A DNA stretch of 64,000 nt from an uncultured Anaerolineaceae bacterium (GCA_964623375.1 CAZUTS010000002.1:126081-190080), one strand, 5' to 3'. Positions 23,037 through 33,497 are shown, numbered from the stretch's first letter. A program made the numbers and translations. The notes: generated by a model from the letters alone, not told the origin.

Positions 23037-25832
23037 ATGCCCCAAACGCTCTATCTCATCGATGGCCATGCTTTGGCCTACCGCACCTACTTCGCGCTCA
23101 CCAGTGCCGGGGCGGGCAGCAGCCGCTGGACCACCAGCTCTGGCGAGCCCACCGCTGGCGTGTTCGGCTTCACCTCCGTATTGCTGCGCATCCTCGAGCA
23201 GGAGCGGCCGGAGTACATGGCGGTGGCCTTCGATGTCGGCAAGACTTTTCGTGATAAGCGCTACCCTGAATACAAAGCCACCCGCGAGAAAATGCCGGAT
23301 GACTTGCGCGTCCAAATGGAGCGCATCCGCGAGATGGTGGATGCTTTCAACTTTCCGCGCCTGGAGATGGAAGGCTTCGAAGCCGACGACGTGATCGGCA
23401 GCATTGCCAAGAAGGCCGCCAGCGAAGGGGTGGGGGTCAAAATCATCACGGGCGATAAGGATTTGCTGCAACTGGTAGACAAGCGCATTATCGTCAGCCT
23501 GCCGGGCAAGCAGCTTGCCGACGGCAAAGATTATGGCCCACAAGAGGTATTCGAGTTTCTGGGGGTGATGCCGGAGCAGGTAGTGGACTTCAAAGCCATG
23601 ATTGGCGATAAGTCTGACAATATTCCCGGCGTCTCCGGCATTGGTGAGAAGACCGCCGCTGGCCTGCTGGCCGAGTACAAGACGCTGGATAATATCTACG
23701 CCAACTTAGACAAGCTCAAACCGGCCCAGCGTCAAAAATTCGAAGATGGCCGCGAGAAAGCCTACCTGAGCTACGAGCTGGCGCGCATCGTCACGGATAT
23801 GGATATTGATTTCCACATTCAACAGGCGCGCACAGACCGCATCAAAGCCCAAGACGTGCAAGAGCTCTTCCGCCAGTTGGAGTTCCGCTCGTTGATGAAG
23901 CGCCTCACCACCGTGCTGGAGCTGGGCAACATGCCCCAGGACACCAAGCTCGGCCAACTGGGCATGTTCCCTGAGGACAATCCTGCGCCGCGTGGCCCGG
24001 CGGTGGATATTGACGTTGAAGTGGTGGATACACCCGAAAAGCTGGCCAGCCTAGCCAAAACGTTGGCAGATGCGCCACGCATTGCCTTTGATACCGAGAC
24101 CAGCAGCACCGATCACATGCAATGTGACCTGGTGGGCATTTCGCTGGCGGTGGAGGAGGGTAAGGGCTACTACATTCCCATCGGGCACGAACCGATGCTC
24201 GGCCGCCAACTGTCCATCGAGGAGGTGGTGGCAGCGTTGCGCGGCCCGCTGACTGACCCCAAGATCCCCAAGCTGGGTCATAACCTCAGCTTTGACTACG
24301 TCATCCTGGCGCGCCACGGCCTCAAAGTGCACCCGCTGAGCATGGACAGCATGATCGCCGAGTGGGTGGCTGACAGCGGCTCGCGCAACCTCGGTCTCAA
24401 GGGGTTGGTATGGGTGCGCCTCAACAACGAGATGACCGAGATCCAAGACCTGCTGGGCAAAGGCCGCAAGCAGATTACCATGGCGCAAGTGCCCATCGAG
24501 CAGGCCGCCGCCTATGCCGCTGCCGATTCGGAAGTGGTGCTGCGTCTGGAGCCTGTGCTCGCCGAGCGTATTCAGCAGGTGAAGGGCGAGCGTGTCTTCG
24601 CCGAGCTGGAGATGCCGCTGGTGCGCGTGCTCTCAGACATGGAAATGACCGGCATCATGCTGGATACAGCCTTCCTGGCCGAGATGGGCGCCGAGCTCAA
24701 CAAGGAGCTGGAGCGCATCGGCACTGAGGTCTATCAACAGGTGGGCGAGGAGTTCAATCTCAGCTCGCCGCAGCAGCTGGCGCACATGCTCTTTGACCGC
24801 CTCAAGCTGCCGCCGCCGGCTGGCGTGCGTAAGACCGCCAGCGGCGCCTACTCCACCTCGGCAGACATCCTTGAGGCGATGAGCGAGCAGCACCCGATCG
24901 TGGACCTCATCCTCAGCCATCGTGAGTATTCCAAGCTCAAGACCACCTATGTGGACGCGCTGCCGCTGGAAGTCAACCCGGCTACCAACCGCGTGCATAC
25001 CTCGTACAACCAGGCCGGCACGGTGACGGGGCGCATTGCCTCCAGCGAGCCCAATCTGCAAAACATTCCCATTCGCACGGAACTCGGCCGCCGCGTGCGC
25101 CGCGCTTTCATTGCCGCCCCCGGCCACAAGCTGCTGGGCGTGGACTATTCGCAGGTGGAGTTGCGCATCGTGGCGCACATCGCGCAAGACGAGGCCATGC
25201 TCAACGCCTTCCGCAACAACGAAGATATTCACATCACCACGGCTGCCGCTATCCTAGGCATTCAGCCCGGCCAGGTAACAGGTGAGCAGCGCCGCAACGC
25301 CAAGGCGGTGAACTTCGGCCTGATCTATGGCATGAGTCCCTTTGGGCTGACGCGCAGCACCGATCTCACGCTGGCCGAAGCTGAGAACTTCGTCAAAGCG
25401 TATTTTGAGAAGTTCCCCGGTGTGCGTGCCTATATTGACAATACGAAGAAGAAAGCTGCCGAGCTGGGCTACATCGAAACGCTGCTCGGCCGCCGCCGCC
25501 TGTTCCAGGGGCTGAAAGATGGCACCAATTATGTGCTCAAGAGCCGTCTCGAGCGCGAGGCGATCAACAGCCCCATCCAGGGCACTGCGGCCGATATCAT
25601 GAAGCTGGCCATGCTGCGCGTGGATGCGGCGCTGGCCGCATCCACGCTCGGCGCGCGCATGCTGCTGCAGGTGCATGATGAGCTGGTGCTGGAAGTGCCT
25701 GAGGCTGAGCTGGCCGAGACGGCGGCACTGGTGGGGCGCGAGATGAGCAACGCCTACGAACTCAGCGTGCCGTTGCAAACCGAAGTCAAGGTGGGCAAAA
25801 ACTGGGGGCAGATGGAGCTGTTGGCTGGGTAA
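23037..25832 (+). CDS. polA: DNA polymerase I
   Basis: 931 aa. 5'-nuclease N-terminus, 3'-5' exo 'IAFDTETSS', pol motifs 'DYSQVELRIVAH', 'RRNAKAVNFGLIYG', 'LQVHDELVLE'. Confidence 0.97.
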   Translation: MPQTLYLIDGHALAYRTYFALTSAGAGSSRWTTSSGEPTAGVFGFTSVLLRILEQERPEYMAVAFDVGKTFRDKRYPEYKATREKMPDDLRVQMERIREMVDAFNFPRLEMEGFEADDVIGSIAKKAASEGVGVKIITGDKDLLQLVDKRIIVSLPGKQLADGKDYGPQEVFEFLGVMPEQVVDFKAMIGDKSDNIPGVSGIGEKTAAGLLAEYKTLDNIYANLDKLKPAQRQKFEDGREKAYLSYELARIVTDMDIDFHIQQARTDRIKAQDVQELFRQLEFRSLMKRLTTVLELGNMPQDTKLGQLGMFPEDNPAPRGPAVDIDVEVVDTPEKLASLAKTLADAPRIAFDTETSSTDHMQCDLVGISLAVEEGKGYYIPIGHEPMLGRQLSIEEVVAALRGPLTDPKIPKLGHNLSFDYVILARHGLKVHPLSMDSMIAEWVADSGSRNLGLKGLVWVRLNNEMTEIQDLLGKGRKQITMAQVPIEQAAAYAAADSEVVLRLEPVLAERIQQVKGERVFAELEMPLVRVLSDMEMTGIMLDTAFLAEMGAELNKELERIGTEVYQQVGEEFNLSSPQQLAHMLFDRLKLPPPAGVRKTASGAYSTSADILEAMSEQHPIVDLILSHREYSKLKTTYVDALPLEVNPATNRVHTSYNQAGTVTGRIASSEPNLQNIPIRTELGRRVRRAFIAAPGHKLLGVDYSQVELRIVAHIAQDEAMLNAFRNNEDIHITTAAAILGIQPGQVTGEQRRNAKAVNFGLIYGMSPFGLTRSTDLTLAEAENFVKAYFEKFPGVRAYIDNTKKKAAELGYIETLLGRRRLFQGLKDGTNYVLKSRLEREAINSPIQGTAADIMKLAMLRVDAALAASTLGARMLLQVHDELVLEVPEAELAETAALVGREMSNAYELSVPLQTEVKVGKNWGQMELLAG

Positions 25833-27443
25833 TTACTGGCGCAGGAACACCAGGCCGAAATCATCTTCATAGATCAGCTGGTACCGGCTGAAGTCATCCA
25901 GAAGGGCGGCACGGTAGAAGCGGTGCATCGGCTCCAGGCGTTCGGGGTCAGGTGCGCTAGCCAGATAGTCTGCATCTCCGTAGGCTTCCACATTCTCGCG
26001 TTCCAGCAGCAGCACATCAGGCTGCTCAGAGTTGAGCATATCGTGGCTGCCCAGATCCCAATCCATGAACACGGACATATCGTCTTCGGCTGGAAAGTAC
26101 ACCTTCCAGTCACGGTAGATGTGTAGCGGTGAGGTTTGCTCGGCCAGCAGCGGCTGCACGCTGTGGTAGAAACGCAGGCTGGGCGAAGTCTGCTCGCGCT
26201 GCAGGTTGTGCAGGTAGTGTCCCCCGCTGCTGACAGCAAACTGGCTGGCCTGCCAGGCCAGGAAGGCCACCAGCGCCCACTGCAGCACGACGCGGGCTTT
26301 GCCCGGCCCCGGGCGCAGGTCTTGCCAGCGCTCCGGCAGCACGAAGACCAGCGCCGTCATGGCGGGCAGCATGATCGGCAGCCAGTAGTGGATGCGCCAT
26401 GACGAAGCATTGAGCATCACGACCAGGTTGGGCAGCAGCCAGGCGGTGAGCAGCGCGGCGTGCAGGAGCGGTTCGCCGCCTTTGCGCCAGCCGATCACTA
26501 GGGCCACACCGAGCAGGGCGAGAAATAACGGGCTGCCGAAGTTTGTGGTTAGCCAGCTGGGCAGGCGGCCATTCTGCAAAAAGCCACTCGGCCCCATCAA
26601 GATGCCCTGGCTGGTCTGTTCAAATTGCAGGCGCTGGTTGGCAATCAAATCGGCGCGCTGCGGAAATAGCAGCAGCGGATTGGTGATCACGAAGGTGACT
26701 AGCATCAGCGCCACAAAGCCGGCTGCATAACCTGCAAAGCGTGCCGGGGTCAGCGCTTTACGTGCTAGCCCCAGCAAAAGATAGAGGGGAATGGCGAAGA
26801 CGAAGAAGCCGCCTACATACTTGATACCCAAGCCAATACCAGCCGCGACCGCACTGAGCCAAAAATAGCGGCCAAAGCGCAGCCGGTCTACACGCAGGCA
26901 GAAGAACACCAGCGCCATGAACAGCAAGCCCAGCCCATCGGCGTGCCACCATAAGCTATTGCCGGTGAGGCCTGGCAATAGCAGCATCAGTACAAACAGA
27001 AGGATGGTTTTAAAGCTGGATTTAAACTCAGTGGCGGCGTAGGTGAGCAGCCACACGCTGAGTAGATTAGGCAGCACATTGATGAGCTGGCGCAGCACCA
27101 CAACGATGGTGCTGGTGTGTTCAGCCCATCCGCTGCCCAGCAACAAGCGCAGCGGCAGCAGTACCAGCGCTGAGAAGAAGTAAAACGGATAGCCGTAGAA
27201 GTAGTGCTGATAGACCACAAACTCGCGCAGGCTGTCACGCCAGTTGTCATTGCCGCTGGCCATACGCACAGCGTGCTCGTATTGGGCAAACTCATCCACC
27301 TCAAAGATGGCGAGCATCTCAGGCGTTTGTGCGCCGGTTAGGTTGGGAAAAATAAATAGGACAAAATACAGCAAGCTGCAGACGAGCAGTAGCCATATCG
27401 TACGAAAGTGCCTTGGCTGCGTATTAGACGAACTTTTTTTCAT
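25833..27443 (-). CDS. GT-C fold membrane glycosyltransferase (family 39/ArnT/PMT-like)
   Basis: 536 aa, about 12 TM. First-loop acidic motif 'FEVDEFAQYEH'. Large C-terminal soluble domain. Its stop abuts the polA stop. Confidence 0.6.
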   Translation of the reverse strand: MKKSSSNTQPRHFRTIWLLLVCSLLYFVLFIFPNLTGAQTPEMLAIFEVDEFAQYEHAVRMASGNDNWRDSLREFVVYQHYFYGYPFYFFSALVLLPLRLLLGSGWAEHTSTIVVVLRQLINVLPNLLSVWLLTYAATEFKSSFKTILLFVLMLLLPGLTGNSLWWHADGLGLLFMALVFFCLRVDRLRFGRYFWLSAVAAGIGLGIKYVGGFFVFAIPLYLLLGLARKALTPARFAGYAAGFVALMLVTFVITNPLLLFPQRADLIANQRLQFEQTSQGILMGPSGFLQNGRLPSWLTTNFGSPLFLALLGVALVIGWRKGGEPLLHAALLTAWLLPNLVVMLNASSWRIHYWLPIMLPAMTALVFVLPERWQDLRPGPGKARVVLQWALVAFLAWQASQFAVSSGGHYLHNLQREQTSPSLRFYHSVQPLLAEQTSPLHIYRDWKVYFPAEDDMSVFMDWDLGSHDMLNSEQPDVLLLERENVEAYGDADYLASAPDPERLEPMHRFYRAALLDDFSRYQLIYEDDFGLVFLRQ

Positions 27444-27535
27444 AGCATTCCGTGCCGCACAGTACGTGGCAGCGGTGGAAAAATGCTAGAAAATTCTATC
27501 CCCCGAGATTTTTAGTTGTAGCGACAAAAGTACTG

Positions 27536-28315
27536 TTATTCGTCTGCGCGGTTGTAAAGCAGCAGCCAGGCGCCCCAGGCGGGGTCGCCGGCCTCAGTGA
27601 TGCAGGCGGCAGGCTGTAGGCCCGCCAGCGTTTCCGTGCCGGCGATGGAGAGAATGTAGGTCTCGCCGGGGGTCATTTCATATTCCGTATAGCCGGGGCC
27701 AAAATCTGGCCGTGCGCCGGTGAAGAACTCATTGCTGCTTTCGCCATCGTGCATGGCCAGGCGCACGCCGGCCTGGGCCTGGCCGCTCTCATCGAAGATG
27801 AATAGCTTGACCAGCGGCGGAGCCTCACTGCTTTCACACAACAGCTCGCGGCTGGAGAGGGTGTAGCTTCCGCCTTCTTCCTGAGCCGCAAAGGGTGTGG
27901 GGGCGGCATTGGCATTTTCAGGATTCGGCGTGTTCACCGCCACCGAGGTGGATTGTGCGCTGGCCTGGAACGCTTCGAGGTCACGCGCCAGGCTGGCCAG
28001 CGCACGCGCCTCGCGCTGCGTGGCGCTATTGCCCAGCGCCAGCTGGGCTTGGGCGCTGAGGGCACGCGCCGGGTCGGCATCGCCCAGTTGCGCCAGGCGC
28101 GCTTGGGCGCGGTTGATGTCGCCGCTGGAGGCATAGGCCAGGGCGATCATCAGACGGTATTGGTCCTGATGCTCATCGGCAAGATGGCTGGGGCCAACGC
28201 TGCTGACCTGCAGCGGGAAAATGATGAAAGAGAGCAGGCAGCCAAAGAGCAAGCCGAGCACCAGCCCGGTGATGAGATACAGCGGTGGCCGCTTGGAAGA
28301 TTCTTTGGTCATCAT
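27536..28315 (-). CDS. Single-TM protein with a TPR-like helix pair and a C-terminal beta domain (hypothetical)
   Basis: 259 aa. TM 'LYLITGLVLGLLFGCLLSFIIF'. 'MIALAYASSGDINRAQARLAQL' is paralogous to the upstream 120-aa ORF. Confidence 0.5.
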   Translation of the reverse strand: MMTKESSKRPPLYLITGLVLGLLFGCLLSFIIFPLQVSSVGPSHLADEHQDQYRLMIALAYASSGDINRAQARLAQLGDADPARALSAQAQLALGNSATQREARALASLARDLEAFQASAQSTSVAVNTPNPENANAAPTPFAAQEEGGSYTLSSRELLCESSEAPPLVKLFIFDESGQAQAGVRLAMHDGESSNEFFTGARPDFGPGYTEYEMTPGETYILSIAGTETLAGLQPAACITEAGDPAWGAWLLLYNRADE

Positions 28316-28674
28316 GGTGTGGGTGTGTGCGAGAGGCTGGGCACTTGCTCACGCAGCGCGCTGGCGAGTGCGGCCAGTAGATTGAGATCGGCTTCGGAGT
28401 AGTTGTGCTCCTGGCCGAACTCCATCGCTGTCACCAGCGGGGCGAGCACATTGCCGGGGTTGAGGTACTCAAGATGCTCGATGGCGCGGTCGAGATTGCC
28501 GTCGGCAGCGTAGGCTTCAGCGGCCATCAGGGCATAGTCTGCGGCGTAGTCCTCGCGCAGCAGACTGGGGGCAGCATCAGTCGCCGACAACGGGCGCAGC
28601 TCCCAGCCGAGGTAGAGGCTGGCCATGAGGCCGAGCAGGATGGTGAGGCCGAAGATGGCGTAACGGGTGACCAT
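28312..28674 (-). CDS. Single-TM TPR-like protein (hypothetical), short paralogue of the downstream gene
   Basis: 120 aa. 'LMAAEAYAADGNLDRAIEHLEYL'. ATGA overlap with the next gene. Confidence 0.5.
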   Translation of the reverse strand: MVTRYAIFGLTILLGLMASLYLGWELRPLSATDAAPSLLREDYAADYALMAAEAYAADGNLDRAIEHLEYLNPGNVLAPLVTAMEFGQEHNYSEADLNLLAALASALREQVPSLSHTPTP

Positions 28675-28769
28675 AGCTTTTGATATGCAAGAATGCGGCC
28701 AACTTACCTAGCCACCCTGGAAGTGTAGCCATTTTTGCAGCACTGGCAGCGATAAAAGAGCGCCGGATT

Positions 28770-29201
28770 CTAGAACAACCTGGTGATGACATCACCCAGG
28801 ATAAATAGCAGCGTGCCTGACAGCAGCCACAGAACACCTGGCTTCCAGGCGGCCAGCATCATGCGCAGGATGGTGCCCTGCAAGGCGCGGCGCTCTGCGC
28901 TGCTTGAGCGGGTCTGGCGCAGCTGCTGCATGCGCAGCCACTCCGGCTTGGTCTGCAGCCGGGCCGTTTCCTGCAGAAAGCGCCAGCCACCCCAGAACAG
29001 CACTCCCGTGGCGCACAGAATGATGGGGATGCCGATTAGGTTGCTGACGAAGGCCGCCCACTGCTCGGTGCGTAACAAAGGCAACAGCGTCTCAAAAAAA
29101 ACTGAAAGAATGACGCTGCTAACGAGGCCAATCGCAATCAGGATCAGCAGTGTATTCAAAGTAAAAAATCGTCTCACTATGCCAGCTTGTTTTTCACCCA
29201 A
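28770..29201 (-). CDS. Hypothetical 4-TM membrane protein
   Basis: 143 aa. Hydrophobic segments. Overlaps the alaS 3' end by 25 nt. Start uncertain. Confidence 0.45.
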   Translation of the reverse strand: MGEKQAGIVRRFFTLNTLLILIAIGLVSSVILSVFFETLLPLLRTEQWAAFVSNLIGIPIILCATGVLFWGGWRFLQETARLQTKPEWLRMQQLRQTRSSSAERRALQGTILRMMLAAWKPGVLWLLSGTLLFILGDVITRLF

Positions 29202-31903
29202 TTGCCAGCTACGGCCAGCGCTTCGTCGAGCTTGCCGTTATCGGTGCCGCCACCCTGGGCCAGCTCGGGCTTGCCGCCGCCACGGCCATCCAGCACGGCG
29301 GCGGCTTGCTTGGCCAGCTCGCCAGCCTGCAAACCGCGGGCCACCAAGTCTTTGGTGACGGCGGCGATGAGCGTGACGCTGCCATCCACCACGGCGGCCA
29401 GCAGGGCAACGCCGCTGGCGTGCTGCTGGCGGAACTTGTCGGCCAGAGAGCGCAATGCGTCTGCGTCAGCGTCGGGGACAGCAGCGGCCAGCACGGGCAC
29501 GCCGGAAACTTGGGGAACGTTGCTGAGCAGGTCGCCCAGGCTCTCTTGTGCCTGGGCGCGGCGCTGGGCGGCCAGCTCCTTGGTGAGCTGGTTGAGCTCG
29601 CTCTGCAGGGCGGCGGTCTTGGCCGGCACTTCGTCTGGCGTGGTCTTGAGGGCGCGGGCTGCCTCTTGCAACGCAGCGTTGCGCGCCTTGGCCAAGGCGT
29701 AGGCCTCGCGGCCGGTCACCGCCTCAATGCGGCGGATGCCGGCCGCGGCGCTGCCTTCGCTCACGATGAGGAACAAGCCAATGTCGCCGGTGTGCTCAAC
29801 GTGCGTGCCACCGCACAACTCATACGAGAACGGCGCGTCTTCATTGCCGATGGCAATCGTGCGCACTTTCTCGCCGTACTTCTCGCCGAACAGGGCGGTT
29901 GCGCCTTCTTGTTTGGCTTGCTCCAGCGATTTGGTCTCTTTCTCGAGTTCGTAGTTGTCCAGCACCCAGGCATTGACCTGGTCTTCGATGTTAGAGAGCG
30001 CGTCTTTGCTGACGGCTTCGGGATTGTTGAAGTCGAAGCGCAGACGGTCGGGCGCCACCAGCGAACCTGCCTGACGCGCATGCTCACCGACGACTTGATG
30101 CAGTGCAGCGTGCAGCAGGTGCGTGGCGGTGTGGTTGCGCATGATGTCCTGACGGCGGCGGGCATCCACGCGGGCGATGACTTTGTCGCCAACCTTGGGG
30201 GTGCCGCTCACTACTTCGCCAATATGCACGATGGCGCCAGCCGCCGGCTGCTGCATCTCGGTGATACGAATGCCCCAGCTGCCGTCTGCGGCCTGAATGA
30301 CGCCAGTGTCGCTCACCTGGCCGCCGGCGGCAATGTAGAACGGCGTTTCCGGCAGGATGACGGCAACGATGTCACCTTCGGCGGCTTGCTGCTGCGGCTG
30401 GCCGTCCTTCACCAAGGCTAGCACTTCACCCTTGGTATCCAGTTCGTCGAGATCTTCGTAAGGGTCGTACTTCACGCCCTTGTCGCTCAGTTTCTTCTCG
30501 GCCTGCAATTGCTGCACCACGGCGGCAAAGGCTTCCGCCTGCTCGCCGCCCAGCGCGCCCATGGCCTGGCCCGCACCGGAGGCGGTGCGGTGCTGCTCCA
30601 TGGCGGCGTGGAAGCCAGCCTCGTCTACGGCGAAGTTGCGCTCACGCGCCACGTCACGGGTGAGCTCCAGCGGCAAACCGTAGGTCGCGTACAGGTCAAA
30701 GGCCTGCGCGCCATCTAGCGTGCCGCCAGCGGGCAGGCTGGCGAACAGTGCATCTAATTTCGCCATGCCGCTTTCGACGGTGCGCTGGAACTGCTCCTCT
30801 TCACGCGTCAGACCATCCAGGATGGCTTTGCGGTTCTTGACCAGCTCTGGGTAAGCCTCGCCATAATGCTCGATGATGGCTTCGGCCACCTGGGCCATGA
30901 ACGGCTCAGTGAGGCCAAGCTTGGTGCCGAAGCGGGCGGCGCGGCGGATGATCATGCGGGCCACATAGTTGCGGCCCACGTTGCCGGGCACCACGCCTTC
31001 GGCGATGAGGAAGGTGGCGGCGCGCGCATGGTCGGCGATCACGCGGTAGGGCGTAAAGTTGGCGTCACGCTCGGCATCGCTCTGCCCGGCCAGTTGCTGC
31101 ACCTTGGCAATGAGCGGCGTGAACAGATCCGTGCGGTAGTTGCCCTGCACCTTCTGCAGCACAGAGACGATGCGCTCTAGCCCCATACCGGTATCGACGT
31201 GCTTAGCGGGGAGCGGCTTGAGCTCTTTGGGGCCAGTGCGGTTGTACTGAATGAAAACTAAGTTCCAGATCTCTACAAAGCGCGGGCTATCCAGCGCCAA
31301 TTCGCCATCGGCGTTCTTTTGGATCTCGCCATACTCCGGCCCGAAGTCGTAATAGATCTCGCTGTTGGGGCCGCAGGGGCCGGTATCGGCCATCTCCCAG
31401 AAGTTGTCTTTGCGCCCGTAGTACACAAGGTGCTCAGGCACGAAGCCGGGCTGAGCCAGCCAGTTGTCGGCGGCCTCTTTGTCGGTCTCGATCTCGCCCT
31501 GGTCATCCTTGAATACGGATGCGTACAGGCGGTCTGCTGGCAAGCCCCATGTCTGGGTCAGCAGTTCCCAGGCCCAGGCGATGGCCTCTTTTTTGTAATA
31601 GTCGCCAAAGGACCAGTTGCCCAGCATCTCAAAAAAGGTGTGATGCGTGTCATCCGTGCCAACATCTTCAAGATCGTTGTGTTTACCCGCCACGCGCAGA
31701 CACTTCTGCGAGTCCACGGCGCGTGAGTAGTCACGCTTGTCCGTGCCGAGGAACACGTCTTTGAATTGCACCATGCCGGAGTTGGTGAACAACAAGGTGG
31801 CGTCGCCACCCGGCACCAGCGAGGAGGAAGGTACCTCGGTGTGGCCGCGGTTAACGAAGAAGTTCAGGTAATCCTGGCGGATTTGGTTGGCAGTTTTCGA
31901 CAT
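29177..31903 (-). CDS. alaS: Alanine--tRNA ligase
   Basis: 908 aa. 'IRQDYLNFFVNRGH', 'FTNSGM', 'HHTFFEMLGNWSFGDYYK', editing 'HTATHLLH', 'CGGTHV', C-terminal DHHA1. Confidence 0.97.
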   Translation of the reverse strand: MSKTANQIRQDYLNFFVNRGHTEVPSSSLVPGGDATLLFTNSGMVQFKDVFLGTDKRDYSRAVDSQKCLRVAGKHNDLEDVGTDDTHHTFFEMLGNWSFGDYYKKEAIAWAWELLTQTWGLPADRLYASVFKDDQGEIETDKEAADNWLAQPGFVPEHLVYYGRKDNFWEMADTGPCGPNSEIYYDFGPEYGEIQKNADGELALDSPRFVEIWNLVFIQYNRTGPKELKPLPAKHVDTGMGLERIVSVLQKVQGNYRTDLFTPLIAKVQQLAGQSDAERDANFTPYRVIADHARAATFLIAEGVVPGNVGRNYVARMIIRRAARFGTKLGLTEPFMAQVAEAIIEHYGEAYPELVKNRKAILDGLTREEEQFQRTVESGMAKLDALFASLPAGGTLDGAQAFDLYATYGLPLELTRDVARERNFAVDEAGFHAAMEQHRTASGAGQAMGALGGEQAEAFAAVVQQLQAEKKLSDKGVKYDPYEDLDELDTKGEVLALVKDGQPQQQAAEGDIVAVILPETPFYIAAGGQVSDTGVIQAADGSWGIRITEMQQPAAGAIVHIGEVVSGTPKVGDKVIARVDARRRQDIMRNHTATHLLHAALHQVVGEHARQAGSLVAPDRLRFDFNNPEAVSKDALSNIEDQVNAWVLDNYELEKETKSLEQAKQEGATALFGEKYGEKVRTIAIGNEDAPFSYELCGGTHVEHTGDIGLFLIVSEGSAAAGIRRIEAVTGREAYALAKARNAALQEAARALKTTPDEVPAKTAALQSELNQLTKELAAQRRAQAQESLGDLLSNVPQVSGVPVLAAAVPDADADALRSLADKFRQQHASGVALLAAVVDGSVTLIAAVTKDLVARGLQAGELAKQAAAVLDGRGGGKPELAQGGGTDNGKLDEALAVAGNWVKNKLA

Positions 31904-31911
31904 AGACGCAA

Positions 31912-31917
31912 ATTATA
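31912..31917 (-). promoter_or_regulatory. -10 box TATAAT 8 nt upstream of the alaS ATG
   Basis: Minus strand: cgTATAATttgcgtctATG. Confidence 0.35.
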
Positions 31918-31941
31918 CGCAATGACAGGGCGGAGAAGGCT

Positions 31942-31968
31942 AACCACAAGGACACAAAGAGCACGAAG
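31942..31968. repeat. 'AACCACAAAGNCACAAAG' element, single arm
   Basis: aaccacaaggacacaaagagcacgaag. Related to the arms at 39197-39240 and 47408-47480. Confidence 0.6.
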
Positions 31969-32027
31969 AAAACTCTTTTCTGTTAGTTGGCTGGTCGATA
32001 CTAGGGCTACCCCTGATGCAAGGCTAC

Positions 32028-32140
32028 CTGTCATTCCGAACGAGCGGCGAAGCCGTGAGGAGGAATCCTTTAGGCCACTCCTAACACCAGCTTGACTCTG
32101 AATGACTTAAAGGATTTCCCACTTCGTTCGGAATGACAGG
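32028..32140. repeat. Inverted pair of family-B elements forming a long hairpin
   Basis: cctgtcattccgaacga (32028-) and tcgttcggaatgacagg (-32140) are perfectly complementary 17-mers flanking about 75 nt. Confidence 0.8.
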
Positions 32141-32303
32141 GATTTGGAAATTGGGGTGGTGTTGCATCCTGGCGCCCCTCACCCGTCGAATTTGCATCAG
32201 GACTGGTTGCTGCCTCCCCTCCCCCTTGGGGAGAGGGAAACTCCCGCAGAGAGTTGGAGTTAGAGGTCAGCGTTTGCAGCCTATAATTACTTGGGGAGTC
32301 CAT

Positions 32304-33497
32304 ATGAAACGTGTACTCAATCTAGTTATCGTCTTATTGCTAGCAGCCTGTACAACGCCTGCAAGCCAGACTGCCACCGCGACGATGGCAGCCACGACCA
32401 CCGAAACACAGTTGCCAACGGAAACACCCACGCCAGATCCTACTCCAACCGTGGATTTGCAAACTTTGCCCATGAGCGAGGTAGCGCGACTGCTAACTGA
32501 AGGACAAATCAGCTATCCAGCGCACTGGAACAACGAGCAGCGCAAAGAGTTTGGTATTGCCATGGCGGAATACGTCAACAATGAAGTGGCAGGGGACAAA
32601 GTGTATGTAGATATGTACTTTCCCGAGATTGGAGATACTAAAATTGCTTTCACCACAGATTACGGCGGCTTTTGGCGATCGAGCCATAACACTCCAGAAG
32701 ACAAACTGGACCTAACAGGCGAAAACTTACCACCCATGTTTGTGGCTGGGTATACAAATACAGAAGGCCAAGAGATATTTATCAATGAACAGGGGCAAGA
32801 AGTAATTGTGCCAAAAATCAACTTCCCCGGTCTTGGAGAAATATCTATCACTGAGCTTTATGCCATGGGTATAAATAATCTAAAAAACTATGCTATTGAC
32901 ACTATGCTGGGTGCGGATGGCATGAATGACTACGCTAAGCAGGTAATTGAAGGGAGGAGAAACACACAATTCGCCCTCCCGGTGGTGCTGTATAAAAATG
33001 CAGCTCAAAACAATACTATTTATGCTCATCAGGGGCCCGGGTTACTGGGTGATGAAAATCAAATTCCAGAGGCAAATGCCGCTTTCATGTCCTCTAGGAC
33101 TAACAATGTTCTGATGCCAATACTAGAACCTCGTTCTCAACAACTTATGGGTTGGGTAAGCGTCCAACAGGGTTTGCGCTTTATTGGTATGGATTCTTTC
33201 ACTTTTCAGTCCGGCGAGAATCCAAGATTCTTTTTTTCTGCTGACAAAGCAGACCCCAATACCTTCGGATACGACACTAGCGACTCTGTTGCCCTAACTA
33301 TGATGGGGAAAACCATGGCTGATACCTATAGCACTGGTAACGTGACTTATTTCCTGGAGCGATCTGAGTATATTGGTAGTGCCGCAGAAATCCAACAGAT
33401 AATAAATGCAAAAAGCGTGCCAGAAATCATGAAAATCCTTTATGGTCTGAGACTCTTTGTTTCTTATCCTACTGGATATCTCTACCCCGTTCAGTGA
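32304..33497 (+). CDS. Lipoprotein of unknown function (A/T-richer than its surroundings)
   Basis: ATG 32304 with GGGGAG RBS and TATAAT at 32282. 'MKRVLNLVIVLLLAAC' lipobox, Thr/Pro-rich linker. No motif recognised. Confidence 0.7.
   Translation: MKRVLNLVIVLLLAACTTPASQTATATMAATTTETQLPTETPTPDPTPTVDLQTLPMSEVARLLTEGQISYPAHWNNEQRKEFGIAMAEYVNNEVAGDKVYVDMYFPEIGDTKIAFTTDYGGFWRSSHNTPEDKLDLTGENLPPMFVAGYTNTEGQEIFINEQGQEVIVPKINFPGLGEISITELYAMGINNLKNYAIDTMLGADGMNDYAKQVIEGRRNTQFALPVVLYKNAAQNNTIYAHQGPGLLGDENQIPEANAAFMSSRTNNVLMPILEPRSQQLMGWVSVQQGLRFIGMDSFTFQSGENPRFFFSADKADPNTFGYDTSDSVALTMMGKTMADTYSTGNVTYFLERSEYIGSAAEIQQIINAKSVPEIMKILYGLRLFVSYPTGYLYPVQ

Noticed and set aside
25830-25835. polA and the GT-C gene stop codons abut (taa/tta) with a zero-nt gap and no terminator.
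   Set aside because: This is a curious but common compact convergent arrangement. Nothing else in the sequence suggests function.
32133-32303. N-terminal extension of the lipoprotein ORF ('MTGIWKLGWCCILAP...').
   Set aside because: It covers repeat elements and the promoter/RBS. ATG 32304 gives a canonical lipoprotein signal peptide.
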